From Bacteroidales bacterium (GTDB taxonomy: Bacteria; Bacteroidota; Bacteroidia; Bacteroidales; P3), in NCBI GenBank assembly GCA_017429685.1, contig JAFROL010000013.1:31994-95993 (forward strand): a stretch of 64,000 nucleotides of DNA. The letters are read 5' to 3'. Position numbers and translations under genes: made by a program. The notes under the pieces were generated by a model. That model had not been told where the DNA came from. It saw only the letters and a program-made list of their open reading frames with translations, and ran no database searches. Each line of letters begins with the position of its first letter. Positions within the stretch are counted from its first letter, which is position 1. Positions 46,641 through 55,718 of the stretch are shown here, piece after piece.

Positions 46641-46700
46641 GTTAATGGGGGAGTTAAAAGGGGAGTTATAAGGGAAGTTAAAAGGGAAGTTAAAAGGGAC
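46641..46700. repeat. five 12-nt repeats (GTTAAAAGGGRA)
   Basis: The units are gttaatggggga gttaaaagggga gttataagggaa gttaaaagggaa gttaaaagggac. The A-tracts are phased at 12 nt. The array is upstream of the candidate nrdD promoter. Confidence 0.9.
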
Positions 46701-46716
46701 AATACGAATTATCTTT

Positions 46717-46765
46717 CCGTTCTCCGTTCTCCGTTCTCCGTTTTCCGTTCTCCGTTTTCCGTTCT
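46717..46765 (-). repeat. seven heptads (minus strand GGAGAAC/GGAAAAC) directly after the ClC stop
   Basis: The plus strand reads ccgttct x3, ccgtttt, ccgttct, ccgtttt, ccgttct. The array ends 7 nt from the stop at 46773. Confidence 0.9.
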
Positions 46766-46772
46766 CCACTGA

Positions 46773-48578
46773 CTACTCTTCGCTGACTTCGGAGACGAAA
46801 CGTCTGTAGGCCGAGAAGGTGTTGGCGCGCGAAAGGAAACCGAGATAGTAGCCCTGGTCGTCGATGACAATAAGGTTGTAGCGGTTGCCGATCCGGAACT
46901 TGTTGACGACCTCGTTGGGCGGGTCGCTGATGCGCACGATGTCGCCTTCAGAGATGGGGTGCATCAGGTCTATCACAGCAGTGTCGTCGTAGTGTTCGGG
47001 CTGGAACATTATGTGGCGCACATCGTCGAGCAGTATGACGCCCAGAAACTTGTCGTCGTCGCTGAGCACGGGGAAGACGTTGCGTTTGGAGTATTTGATG
47101 GCTTCGACAAGGTCGCGAAGCTTGTCCTCTTCGCGCACGATGACGAAATTGGTCTCGATGAGTTTTCGCATATCCATCAGCTGCCAAGCCGAGCGGTCCT
47201 TGTCGTGGGTCATCAGGTCGCCCTTTTCAGCCAGCTTGCGTGCGTAGATGGAATGCTTTTCGAAAGGCGAAACGCAGAGGTAGGTGACCGACGAGGCCAC
47301 CAGCAGCGGGACCATAAGTGCGTAGCCGCCAGTGATTTCGGCAATGAGGAAGATGGCCATAAACGGAGCGTGCATAACGCCAGTCATCACCGCCGCCATC
47401 CCGACAAGGGCAAAATTGGCCGTCGACTGTTCGGGCAAGCCGATCTGGTTGCTGAGCATACAGAGGAAATAGCCAGCCATTCCGCCAATGATGAGCGAGG
47501 GGCCGAAGGTGCCGCCCACACCGCCACATCCTATCGTCGTGGCCGTAGCCACAGCCTTGGTCAGAATAAGGATAAGAATATAGGCAAGGACAATCCAGTT
47601 GTTGTCCTTGAAAGCCGCAAACACGCTGTGGTCGAACAGCAACTCGTCGCTGCCGTTGAGCAGTTCGGTCAGGAACGAATAGCCCTCGCCAAACAATGGC
47701 GGGAAAAGGAATATCAACAATCCTAACGCTATGGAACCGATGACGGCGCGCGTGGCCTGGTTGCGCCGACGCGCAAACCACTCCTCCACCTTGTCGGTGA
47801 TGCGCAGAAAATAGATCGACACAGCGGCACAAAACACTCCGAGCACTATATAATAAGGTATCTGCGACAGCCCCACCTCGCCAACAACACGGAAGGCAAA
47901 CTGCAAATCGTTGCCCATCAGGAAGTAGGCCACCGTCGAAGCGCTGACGGCCGAAAGCATCAGCGGCAAGATGGCCGTCGCCGTCATATCGAACATAAAC
48001 ACCTCTATAACAAACAGCACTCCTGCGATAGGAGCCTTGAAGATGCCTGCAATGGCACCGGCGGCACCACAGCCCAGAAGCATCTTGACATCGTGGGCGC
48101 TAAGCCTGAAAAACCTTCCGACATTGGACCCAATGGCGCTGCCCGTCGACGCGATGGGCGCCTCCAGTCCGACACTGCCGCCGAAAGCCACCGTCAAAGT
48201 GGATGCCACCAAAGACGAATACATATTGCGCGCCGGAAGGACACCGCCTTTGCGCGAAAGCGAAAGCAGCACCGACGGCAATCCGTGGCCGATGTTGCCC
48301 TTGACGACATAGCGCACAAAGAGTATCGTCAGCAGTATGCCAATGGCTGGATAAAGCAGAATCAGCAAATTGCCACCAACAAAAGTGGGTATGTTGAACT
48401 GCAGGAGCCATCGGTTGGTGACGTGCACAAGAGTTTTGAGCACAACGGCAGCAAGACCCGCCAGAATGCCCACAACCACGCTGAGCGCAAGCAGGAAGAC
48501 GCGGTCGCTGACGTGGCGCATACGCCACACGATGAAACGCTTGTATGTGTCTTTGAATGTCTTGATAACGCTGTTCAA
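46773..48578 (-). CDS. ClC family chloride channel/transporter with C-terminal CBS pair
   Basis: 601 aa with the motifs GGSVGLEAP and GGTFGPSL. The C-terminal roughly 140 aa resemble tandem CBS domains. Confidence 0.85.
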   Translation of the reverse strand: MNSVIKTFKDTYKRFIVWRMRHVSDRVFLLALSVVVGILAGLAAVVLKTLVHVTNRWLLQFNIPTFVGGNLLILLYPAIGILLTILFVRYVVKGNIGHGLPSVLLSLSRKGGVLPARNMYSSLVASTLTVAFGGSVGLEAPIASTGSAIGSNVGRFFRLSAHDVKMLLGCGAAGAIAGIFKAPIAGVLFVIEVFMFDMTATAILPLMLSAVSASTVAYFLMGNDLQFAFRVVGEVGLSQIPYYIVLGVFCAAVSIYFLRITDKVEEWFARRRNQATRAVIGSIALGLLIFLFPPLFGEGYSFLTELLNGSDELLFDHSVFAAFKDNNWIVLAYILILILTKAVATATTIGCGGVGGTFGPSLIIGGMAGYFLCMLSNQIGLPEQSTANFALVGMAAVMTGVMHAPFMAIFLIAEITGGYALMVPLLVASSVTYLCVSPFEKHSIYARKLAEKGDLMTHDKDRSAWQLMDMRKLIETNFVIVREEDKLRDLVEAIKYSKRNVFPVLSDDDKFLGVILLDDVRHIMFQPEHYDDTAVIDLMHPISEGDIVRISDPPNEVVNKFRIGNRYNLIVIDDQGYYLGFLSRANTFSAYRRFVSEVSEE

Positions 48579-48719
48579 TTTAAAATATCATTTCAAAAAT
48601 AAGATGCAAAATTACACAAGTTTTCACGAACCGCCAAATTTTTTTTCATTATGCAAACTAAAAAAACATTATTGACGTTAATGACAGATAAAGGAAAAAC
48701 AATAAAAAACAATAAACCA

Positions 48720-49712
48720 ATGAAGAAAAACGCCATATTTATCGGTCTGTCGGCACTGCTATTCAGTTCGTGCGTGACTTTGGGCAAATACGAGGCCCTC
48801 GAATCGAAAAATGCACAGCTGCGCCGCGAATTCAACACTTCGCAGAGCGAGCTCAACGACCTGCGCGACGAAAATGCCAGCCTGCAGCGGCAAAACCAGT
48901 CGCTGAACACAGAAATCACCGACCTTAACGACATTCGAACCCGCCAGAACGACAGCATCGTGGCCCTGCGCCGCGCCATCGAGAACCAGAAGCTAGGATT
49001 CGACACCGTAATAGAGAACTACGCCCAACGCATTTCGGGACAAAGCCAGGATCTGACCCGCGCCAACAACCTGCTGGCAGCTCGCACCAAAGAGCTGAAC
49101 GACAAAGAGGCTGCATTTGCAGCCAAGGAAGAGACCTTCCGCACCAAGGAGAACGAGCTCCGCATAAAGCAGGCCGAACTGGAAAAGAAAGAGTCGGACG
49201 CCCGCAACGCACTGGCCGCCAAAGAACGCGAGCTTGAGCAGCTGCGCTCGTCGCTCAACAACGCCCTGGTCGGTTTTGCCGACAAAGGACTCAACGTCGA
49301 AACCCGCGACGGCAAAGTCTACGTGTCGATGGAAAGCAAACTGCTGTTCCCCTCGGCCAGCTGGACCGTGTCGAAGGACGGCGTCGAGGCCATCAAGACC
49401 CTGGCCAAAATCCTTGAGCAGAACACCGACCTCAACATCCTCGTTGAAGGCCACACCGACAACGCCGCCTACAAGGGCTCGACGGCCGTCAAGGACAACT
49501 GGGACCTCAGTGTGATGCGCGCCACATCTATCGTCAAGCTGCTGCTCCAGCACGGACCCGCCATCGACCCCGCACGCATCGAGGCCTGCGGCCACGGTGA
49601 GTTTGCCCCCAAGGTGCCCAACGACACGCCTGCCAACAAGGCCCTGAACCGCCGCACCGAAATCATCCTGACTCCCAAGATGAGCGAAATCCTCAACCTT
49701 ATCGGCGAATAG
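48720..49712 (+). CDS. OmpA family lipoprotein with coiled-coil N-terminal region
   Basis: Trimmed to MKKNAIFIGLSALLFSSC (lipobox). It has a long Q/E/L/N-rich coiled coil and a C-terminal OmpA-like domain (VEGHTDN...NRRTEIILTP). Confidence 0.8.
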   Translation: MKKNAIFIGLSALLFSSCVTLGKYEALESKNAQLRREFNTSQSELNDLRDENASLQRQNQSLNTEITDLNDIRTRQNDSIVALRRAIENQKLGFDTVIENYAQRISGQSQDLTRANNLLAARTKELNDKEAAFAAKEETFRTKENELRIKQAELEKKESDARNALAAKERELEQLRSSLNNALVGFADKGLNVETRDGKVYVSMESKLLFPSASWTVSKDGVEAIKTLAKILEQNTDLNILVEGHTDNAAYKGSTAVKDNWDLSVMRATSIVKLLLQHGPAIDPARIEACGHGEFAPKVPNDTPANKALNRRTEIILTPKMSEILNLIGE

Positions 49713-49730
49713 GAACACGACAATAAAGCA

Positions 49731-49767
49731 TAAAAAAGCAGAGCTGTCAAACGACAGCTCTGTTTTT
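49731..49767. terminator. bidirectional rho-independent terminator
   Basis: The layout is A6-G-CAGAGCTGTC-aaac-GACAGCTCTG-T6. It sits between the convergent OmpA-like and NlpC/P60 genes. Confidence 0.8.
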
Positions 49768-49800
49768 TCGATGAATTATCTGTAGAATTCTTCTGCGACA

Positions 49801-50409
49801 CTATTTTGCCGCAAAGGGGATTTGCGGAGTGAGAAGGCGGTTTGTAAAAATGGCACGACGATAGACCGGCGTGCTGGCTTTGGCTGCCGAATCGTTGGCC
49901 GGCAGGTTGGAGGTGACGAGGTCGACGACGCGGCAGGCACCTTTGTAGCGGCTCTTATAGTACGGTTCTGTAGAGTGCGAGACAGTGATGCCCGACGAGG
50001 TGGCACTGTGTATGAAATAGAAACCCTTGTCGTCGACGGATGTGACAATGCCAACGTGGCCGATAGATTTCGACCCACCGCGGCCGCCATAGAATACCAG
50101 GTCGCCTTTCTGGACATCCTCGTTTTTGAGCGACGGGCCCGCCTTGAATTGCGGCGCCGCCGACGGTGCAAGCTGTACACCGAACTTGGAATAGATGAAA
50201 CGCGTGAAACCGGCACAGTCAAACCCCTTGGGGGTCTTGCCGCCCCAACGGTAAGGAATGCCGATATACTTCATTGCCTCGTCGATGACCATATCGGCCA
50301 CCGTTGCCGACGGTGAACGATAGAGGGACACCTGTGCCTGCGACAAGGTGGAAAATGAAAGTAAAAACAACAATAACAATATTTTAAATGCTTTATACAT
50401 AAGCAGCAC
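49801..50409 (-). CDS. C40 family peptidase (NlpC/P60)
   Basis: 202 aa with a signal peptide, YRWGG..GFDCAGF (catalytic Cys) and IGHVGIV. Confidence 0.85.
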   Translation of the reverse strand: MLLMYKAFKILLLLFLLSFSTLSQAQVSLYRSPSATVADMVIDEAMKYIGIPYRWGGKTPKGFDCAGFTRFIYSKFGVQLAPSAAPQFKAGPSLKNEDVQKGDLVFYGGRGGSKSIGHVGIVTSVDDKGFYFIHSATSSGITVSHSTEPYYKSRYKGACRVVDLVTSNLPANDSAAKASTPVYRRAIFTNRLLTPQIPFAAK

Positions 50410-50480
50410 TCTTTTTTAGGAATGCAAAATTACCAATAAAAATCCAAACAGCCAACCGCCAAAGGCAGTTTTAGAATTTT

Positions 50481-51968
50481 TTAAGAAAGTCGGTTTTCCG
50501 CTTCGGAATGGTTTTCAGGAGTTTCGGTTTTCTTCTCCGAAAAGACGTCGAGGGCCACAACAGCTGCCGTAAAGGCCCAAAACGGGACAGAAAGTTTGTC
50601 GGTATCCAAAAAATTATTGAAGATGCCGTGGATATAATATGTAAGAAGGCTCAAGGTCAACGCCAGTGCCAAACGCGACACCTCGGGGTTGGCCGCCCTG
50701 CGGTAGACGTGGACACCGGTGGCAAAAGTGGCCAGGAAAATGCAGAGAATCAGGGCAGCGCCAGGTATGCCCTGCTCGGTAAGCGGGCCTATATATTCGC
50801 TATGGGCATTGCCGCGGTTGCCCGAATTTGTGCTGATGACCGACAGCTGATAGCTGCGCTGATAGGAAGCATAGAGGAACTGGTAGGTTCCGGGGCCACA
50901 TCCAAGCAAAGGACGCTCCTTGAACATACGCATCGCCGACGCCCAACGGTTCAGACGCTCCAGATTCGACGCATCGGTCGATATGTTGGAAATAGACTTC
51001 ACCTGGCCCGACAGGTCGTAGGACGAATCCTGCTTGTTCTTGCCAAGCTTATAGAGGACATCCGACTGATAGACAAAAAAGAGCGAGGCACCCAAAGTAA
51101 ACAGTAGCACCAGCCATCTGACTTTCATACCGATGCGGATAGCAAAATAAACTCCGATTGCTCCCAAAACACTAATCCACGCTGCGCGCGAATAGGAGAA
51201 AAAGAGACCCACGGCCAACGATGCAACCGCCACCATCAGCACTGGGCGAAGCCAGAGACTTGCACCTTCGCTCTGGCGTTCTTCACCAGAACGGATGAAA
51301 TAGTGGAACACTATAGGCACAAACAAAGCGATGACACATCCATAAGCTGTGTGATCGTTGTAGAACGGGCGCATCACGCGGTGCAGCGTCTGCAGGTCGT
51401 GGAAATTGCCCAACGTTTTGGCCGTAGAGATGAGAATGACGACCACAAGCGAAAAGGCATAGCAGAAGACGAACTGCCCCACCCTGTTGCGGTCCCTGAA
51501 AATCTGCGTTGCAGCAAAGAAAAAAGGAACGACAAACCACAACCGGGCAGCAAAATATTTGAACGACACCGCCGGCAGCTGCGATGTGGTCGACGTGACA
51601 ACCATCCACAGCAGCATCGCCATAATGGCTATCGTCACCGGATGGCGCAATATGCGTCGGTCATAGCTGCGTTCGACCAAGACCCTGAAAAAGAACATCA
51701 CCGTGAAGAGTATCATCATCGGCTCGACCGGTATGGACAGCTCCATACCAGGCAACAATGCATAGTCAATGGCAAACGGCGTCAAAAGTGCCATTACCAG
51801 CAGCCCCGTCTCGAACTTGAGGACGAAGAGTGCAACCACCAGACCTGCCAAAGGCAGAAGGAAAAGCCAATAGATGTCGCGCGACAACGTTAGGAAACTT
51901 GCAACAAGAAATGCCGCAGTGACAAGCACCGCGACAGCCAAATCCTTATGTTTCTTAAGCCAGGACAA
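50481..51968 (-). CDS. O-antigen ligase (Wzy_C) family membrane protein
   Basis: 495 aa with many TM segments and a central YSRAAW-containing loop, typical of the O-antigen ligase/polymerase family. Confidence 0.7.
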   Translation of the reverse strand: MSWLKKHKDLAVAVLVTAAFLVASFLTLSRDIYWLFLLPLAGLVVALFVLKFETGLLVMALLTPFAIDYALLPGMELSIPVEPMMILFTVMFFFRVLVERSYDRRILRHPVTIAIMAMLLWMVVTSTTSQLPAVSFKYFAARLWFVVPFFFAATQIFRDRNRVGQFVFCYAFSLVVVILISTAKTLGNFHDLQTLHRVMRPFYNDHTAYGCVIALFVPIVFHYFIRSGEERQSEGASLWLRPVLMVAVASLAVGLFFSYSRAAWISVLGAIGVYFAIRIGMKVRWLVLLFTLGASLFFVYQSDVLYKLGKNKQDSSYDLSGQVKSISNISTDASNLERLNRWASAMRMFKERPLLGCGPGTYQFLYASYQRSYQLSVISTNSGNRGNAHSEYIGPLTEQGIPGAALILCIFLATFATGVHVYRRAANPEVSRLALALTLSLLTYYIHGIFNNFLDTDKLSVPFWAFTAAVVALDVFSEKKTETPENHSEAENRLS

Positions 51969-52033
51969 ACGCTTTGGGGATTTAGGGTTTCTGGAGTTGA
52001 TAGACGTTCATTCTTAGGATCGGGACGATACGT

Positions 52034-52903
52034 TCACTTTTTTCTTTCCTCGTCACGAACCCGGTCCATAATCAGCAGCATCAAGATGCAAATAGCCAAT
52101 GCTCCGAGCGTACCCAAAAGCACAATAACGGCACGTTTCGGATAGGCCTTCTTGTCGGCAGGCGATGCCTGGTCGAGCCAGAACTTATAGCTTACCGGAC
52201 GGGCCATATCGACCTTCGTCTGCGACATACGCGTCTGCAATTCAGCCAGCTCCTGCGTCTTGTTGCTAATCAGCTCGGCAACACCGAAACGGTTTTTGTC
52301 ACGACGCAGTGTATCTTCGAGGGCTCGAATGTCGGCCTCAAGTTCGGCACATACATCCTGCATAATGCCGTAGGCGTCGCGCGAACGGTCCTGCTGGATG
52401 CGGCTCGTAAGCGTGTCGTAGTTCGATGCGATAAAGTTGGCTATGTCTGCCGCCCACTGCGGGTCGACATCAAGAACCGATATTTCGACACCAAGGTACT
52501 CGGTGCGCTTCACACTCACGTTGCTACGATAAGCCTCGTGCAGCTTGAAGTACTTCTGATGGTCGTCGCCGCTGATGCCATAGTGTTCCATCATATTGAA
52601 GCGGCGACAGACATCGTCCTCCATCGACTGCGAGAGCAGAATCTGTATAGCATACTCACAGTCGCGCTCGATACCATAGTCCATATAGTCCAAACTGTAA
52701 CGGTCGGCCAAAATGGCTTTCGACAGGCGGTTGGAGCTGGTGGGGAAAAGTATGGCCGTCGATTTGTATCGCGGCGTGACCAGCAGCGATGCCACAACCG
52801 AAACGGCGGCAGCGACAACGAAAACCACTGTAAGCAGCTTCCAGTGACGTTTGAAAAAATTCACCGTGTTTTTGATTTCATAATTATTGCCAAAATCGCT
52901 CAT
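52034..52903 (-). CDS. Wzz-like polysaccharide co-polymerase (chain-length determinant)
   Basis: 289 aa with an N-terminal and a C-terminal TM segment flanking a coiled-coil-rich periplasmic region. The N-terminal pattern is LLVTPRYKSTAILFPT. Confidence 0.65.
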   Translation of the reverse strand: MSDFGNNYEIKNTVNFFKRHWKLLTVVFVVAAAVSVVASLLVTPRYKSTAILFPTSSNRLSKAILADRYSLDYMDYGIERDCEYAIQILLSQSMEDDVCRRFNMMEHYGISGDDHQKYFKLHEAYRSNVSVKRTEYLGVEISVLDVDPQWAADIANFIASNYDTLTSRIQQDRSRDAYGIMQDVCAELEADIRALEDTLRRDKNRFGVAELISNKTQELAELQTRMSQTKVDMARPVSYKFWLDQASPADKKAYPKRAVIVLLGTLGALAICILMLLIMDRVRDEERKK

Positions 52904-52906
52904 AAT

Positions 52907-53013
52907 AAATTGAATATTGAGAATTGAAAATTGAAATCACTTGTTACTTTGATAGTTGATAGTTGAAATCATTGGTCTCTTGTCACTGGTCACTATTCAC
53001 TTGTCACTAATCT
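52907..53013. repeat. entire intergenic spacer in a 7-nt register (15 heptads)
   Basis: The heptads are aaattga atattga gaattga aaattga aatcact tgttact ttgatag ttgatag ttgaaat cattggt ctcttgt cactggt cactatt cacttgt cactaat. Confidence 0.9.
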
Positions 53014-54261
53014 CTACCAGCTCATCGGCTCCGGCTCCTGGACTGTCTTGTATTCCAGTCCCTTTTCCGGACGGCTGCAGTTGCTCATATTGCTTTGAAT
53101 GCTTTCTATTTCTGCCTGCGTCAGCGGAATGCCGTCGTCTTCAACGAAACGCTTCTTCCAATACGGAAACGCCGATGCGAGGTCGCCGGAATAGTAGAAA
53201 TCAAAACCTATTGCGCCAAAAGTGTAGAGGTGCCCGTTTACGCTGATATGTGAACCGCCACAACGCGGCTCGCCGTGAGGGTGCGACTGGGCAAAGCCGA
53301 CGTTGAAGAGCGTGCACAGGATGTCGGGACGGTCGGAGATGTCGAATCCGGCGCGACGCCATTGCAACATTGTCTGATGCAGAATGCAGCCAGTATATAT
53401 ATAAGAATACAGATGGTTACGATAGTCAACCAAACGGTTGTAGCGTTCCATCTCGTGATTGTCGGTCGCAAAATCGAGGATGTTCTCATAATGCTTGCCC
53501 ATATAGAACTCCGAGGTGCTGTCCTTCAGATGGGCCTCGACGGCTTTGGCGGTATGCTCCTTGATGCCATTGACACCATAGGAGAACTGCGATTGGACAG
53601 AGAGCATCTTGACGGGGCCAAGATACTTCTTGACAATCTCGCGGTTGCTGTTGAAGAGACGTATCTGCTCGCCAACAAGACAGGCGACAATCAGACGCGG
53701 TTCGACGCCGGTGAGGCGTCCTGCTTCGACCAGGAGGGCGCTGTCTTTCATTATGGACGGTTTCAGCATCTCCCATTCTGTGGTAGCCATCCAGGGAATG
53801 ACGGTGGGCGACTGCATTGCTGGGCGGCTGTCGTAGACCTGCTTGAGCTGTCTGAGAAACTGGTTGTAGCTGTCGCTACTGTCAGTGTAGAGCGATGCCG
53901 CCGAAATCATCCGGTCAACAACCAACGGGTTGTCGCTCTGTTCGGCAGCCTCAAGGATAAGATGTGCATTTTCGGGATAGAACTTGCCGAAAGCGGCAAG
54001 TTTCAGGTACTGTTCAAGCCAGAGTGCGTTTCGCTGCTGAGGTGTCAGTTCGGCATCTTCGAGCTGCTCCATTTCCGACACGCTCATCAAGTAGCGGTAG
54101 TTTTCGTCAACGGCGCCCTTGTTGTTAGTCAGGCCGAGCTTGAAAACGGCCCACGCCGCCGTTATGCCAAAGCCTGCTATGGCGAAAGCATAGACAACAA
54201 TATTGAAAATGCGTCGCCACAGCGGGCTTTTGACAGTTTGTTTAGCAATAGGGTTCTGCAT
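53014..54261 (-). CDS. membrane-anchored hypothetical protein
   Basis: 415 aa with one N-terminal TM segment (IFNIVVYAFAIAGFGITAAWAVF). No family recognised. Confidence 0.6.
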   Translation of the reverse strand: MQNPIAKQTVKSPLWRRIFNIVVYAFAIAGFGITAAWAVFKLGLTNNKGAVDENYRYLMSVSEMEQLEDAELTPQQRNALWLEQYLKLAAFGKFYPENAHLILEAAEQSDNPLVVDRMISAASLYTDSSDSYNQFLRQLKQVYDSRPAMQSPTVIPWMATTEWEMLKPSIMKDSALLVEAGRLTGVEPRLIVACLVGEQIRLFNSNREIVKKYLGPVKMLSVQSQFSYGVNGIKEHTAKAVEAHLKDSTSEFYMGKHYENILDFATDNHEMERYNRLVDYRNHLYSYIYTGCILHQTMLQWRRAGFDISDRPDILCTLFNVGFAQSHPHGEPRCGGSHISVNGHLYTFGAIGFDFYYSGDLASAFPYWKKRFVEDDGIPLTQAEIESIQSNMSNCSRPEKGLEYKTVQEPEPMSW

Positions 54262-54290
54262 TACTGTTCTCGTTCAACAAAACATTTTCG

Positions 54291-55691
54291 TCAACACATC
54301 ATTGCGCTGGCCCCCGGAAGGAAGGCCAGGTTGCGGAGGAATTCGACTTTTTCGAACAGGGTGACGTCCATAACGATGAAGACGATGGCTCCGGCGATAT
54401 AGCCTGCAAGGGCCAAGAGGCTGATTTTCTTGAAATACCAGATGAAGTCGATTTTCTCCATACCCATCACGGCGACACCGGCAGCGGAGCCGATGATGAG
54501 GAGGCTTCCGCCGGTACCGGCGCAGTAGGCCAGGAACTCCCAGAAGGGATGGTTCACACCAAAAATAACATCCGGTCCAATATGGGGATACATACCCTGC
54601 ACGGCAGCTACCAAAGGAACATTGTCGACAATCGACGACAAAATACCGATAATCAAGTCGATAACGAAGAATCCCACAGGTTCCTCGCCAATGTGCATAC
54701 CCAGGAAGGCATCGTTCAGTCCCTGTGCCAGTCCGCCAAGTATACCGGCAACCTTCAGACACGAAACGGCCATCAGTATACCCAGGAAGAACAGTATCGT
54801 CGGCACGTCGACGTGTTCGAGCGTGCTGACCGCCGTCGGCAGCTTATGCTCTTTCGAATATTTACGACTCAAAATCTCGGTGGTGATCCACATAATCGAC
54901 AGACCGAACAGCATACCGAGATACGGCGGCAGATGGGAAATGGTCTTGAAAATGGGGACAAAAATCAGCGCACAAACGCCCATCACGAGCACCAGAACGC
55001 GAAAGTTGTGAGGAACAACCATACCTTCTGCGTTTTGTTCGGGACGCTGTATGTCGCCCTTCAGCGTGCGACCTATCAGCCATACCGGTACGGCCATACA
55101 GGCCAAACTGGCCACCAAAGTTTTCACAATGATGTTGACGGTGGTCACCTCGCCCTTAATCCAAAGCATAATGGTCGTCACATCGCCAATCGGGCTCCAC
55201 GCGCCACCGGCATTGGCTGCCAGAATCACCATTCCGGCATACAGCCAGCGCTCTTTCTGGTCGGCTATCAGCTTGCGAAGCAGAGCCACCATAACGATAG
55301 CCGTGGTCATATTGTCGAGCAGCGCCGAGAGGAAGAAGGTCAGAATGGAGATGATCCAAAGGAGACGCTTCTTGTTGGTCGTCTTGATCTTGTCGGTGAT
55401 GATGCTGAAACCCTGGTAATCTTCTATCAGAGTCACTATCGTCATTGCTCCCAGCAAGAAGAAGACGATTTCGGCCGTCTCGCCAAGGTTCTCGATAAGG
55501 TTCGACGTCATAAATGCGCGCCACTGCTCTATGTCCAGATTCGGGTCAAAAGCCACGTGGCTGAACGAGAATATGGCCCATGTCAGCACGCCAAGCAGCA
55601 GTGCCGTCGCCGTTTTGTTCACTTTCAACGGATGCTCAAGCGCTATGCACGCATATCCGATGATGAAGACTGTTACTAATGCTACAACCAT
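54291..55691 (-). CDS. NhaD/ArsB-type sodium:proton antiporter
   Basis: 466-aa polytopic protein. The N-terminus IIGYACIALEHPLKVNKTATALLLGVLTW is typical of NhaD family transporters. Confidence 0.75.
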   Translation of the reverse strand: MVVALVTVFIIGYACIALEHPLKVNKTATALLLGVLTWAIFSFSHVAFDPNLDIEQWRAFMTSNLIENLGETAEIVFFLLGAMTIVTLIEDYQGFSIITDKIKTTNKKRLLWIISILTFFLSALLDNMTTAIVMVALLRKLIADQKERWLYAGMVILAANAGGAWSPIGDVTTIMLWIKGEVTTVNIIVKTLVASLACMAVPVWLIGRTLKGDIQRPEQNAEGMVVPHNFRVLVLVMGVCALIFVPIFKTISHLPPYLGMLFGLSIMWITTEILSRKYSKEHKLPTAVSTLEHVDVPTILFFLGILMAVSCLKVAGILGGLAQGLNDAFLGMHIGEEPVGFFVIDLIIGILSSIVDNVPLVAAVQGMYPHIGPDVIFGVNHPFWEFLAYCAGTGGSLLIIGSAAGVAVMGMEKIDFIWYFKKISLLALAGYIAGAIVFIVMDVTLFEKVEFLRNLAFLPGASAMMC

Positions 55692-55718
55692 TTTCAGTAT
55701 ATTTTTATTGTTTGTTTT

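Noticed and set aside
27882-48578. The uninterrupted 20-kb minus-strand gene string as one novel system or giant operon
   Set aside because: It is interrupted by several strong hairpins and candidate promoters, and it mixes unrelated housekeeping functions (hpt, nrdDG, ClC). Co-orientation is more simply explained by replication-strand bias.
48651-48719. Upstream start of the OmpA-like gene (MQTKKTLLTLMTDKGK...)
   Set aside because: The internal ATG at 48720 gives a standard lipoprotein signal (MKKNAIFIGLSALLFSSC), whereas the extension has no signal-like features.
24763-53013. Possibility that the short tandem repeats are CRISPR arrays or minisatellite coding repeats
   Set aside because: The units are only 7-12 nt with no unique spacers between them and no cas genes. 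The arrays are intergenic, or touch only the last few codons.
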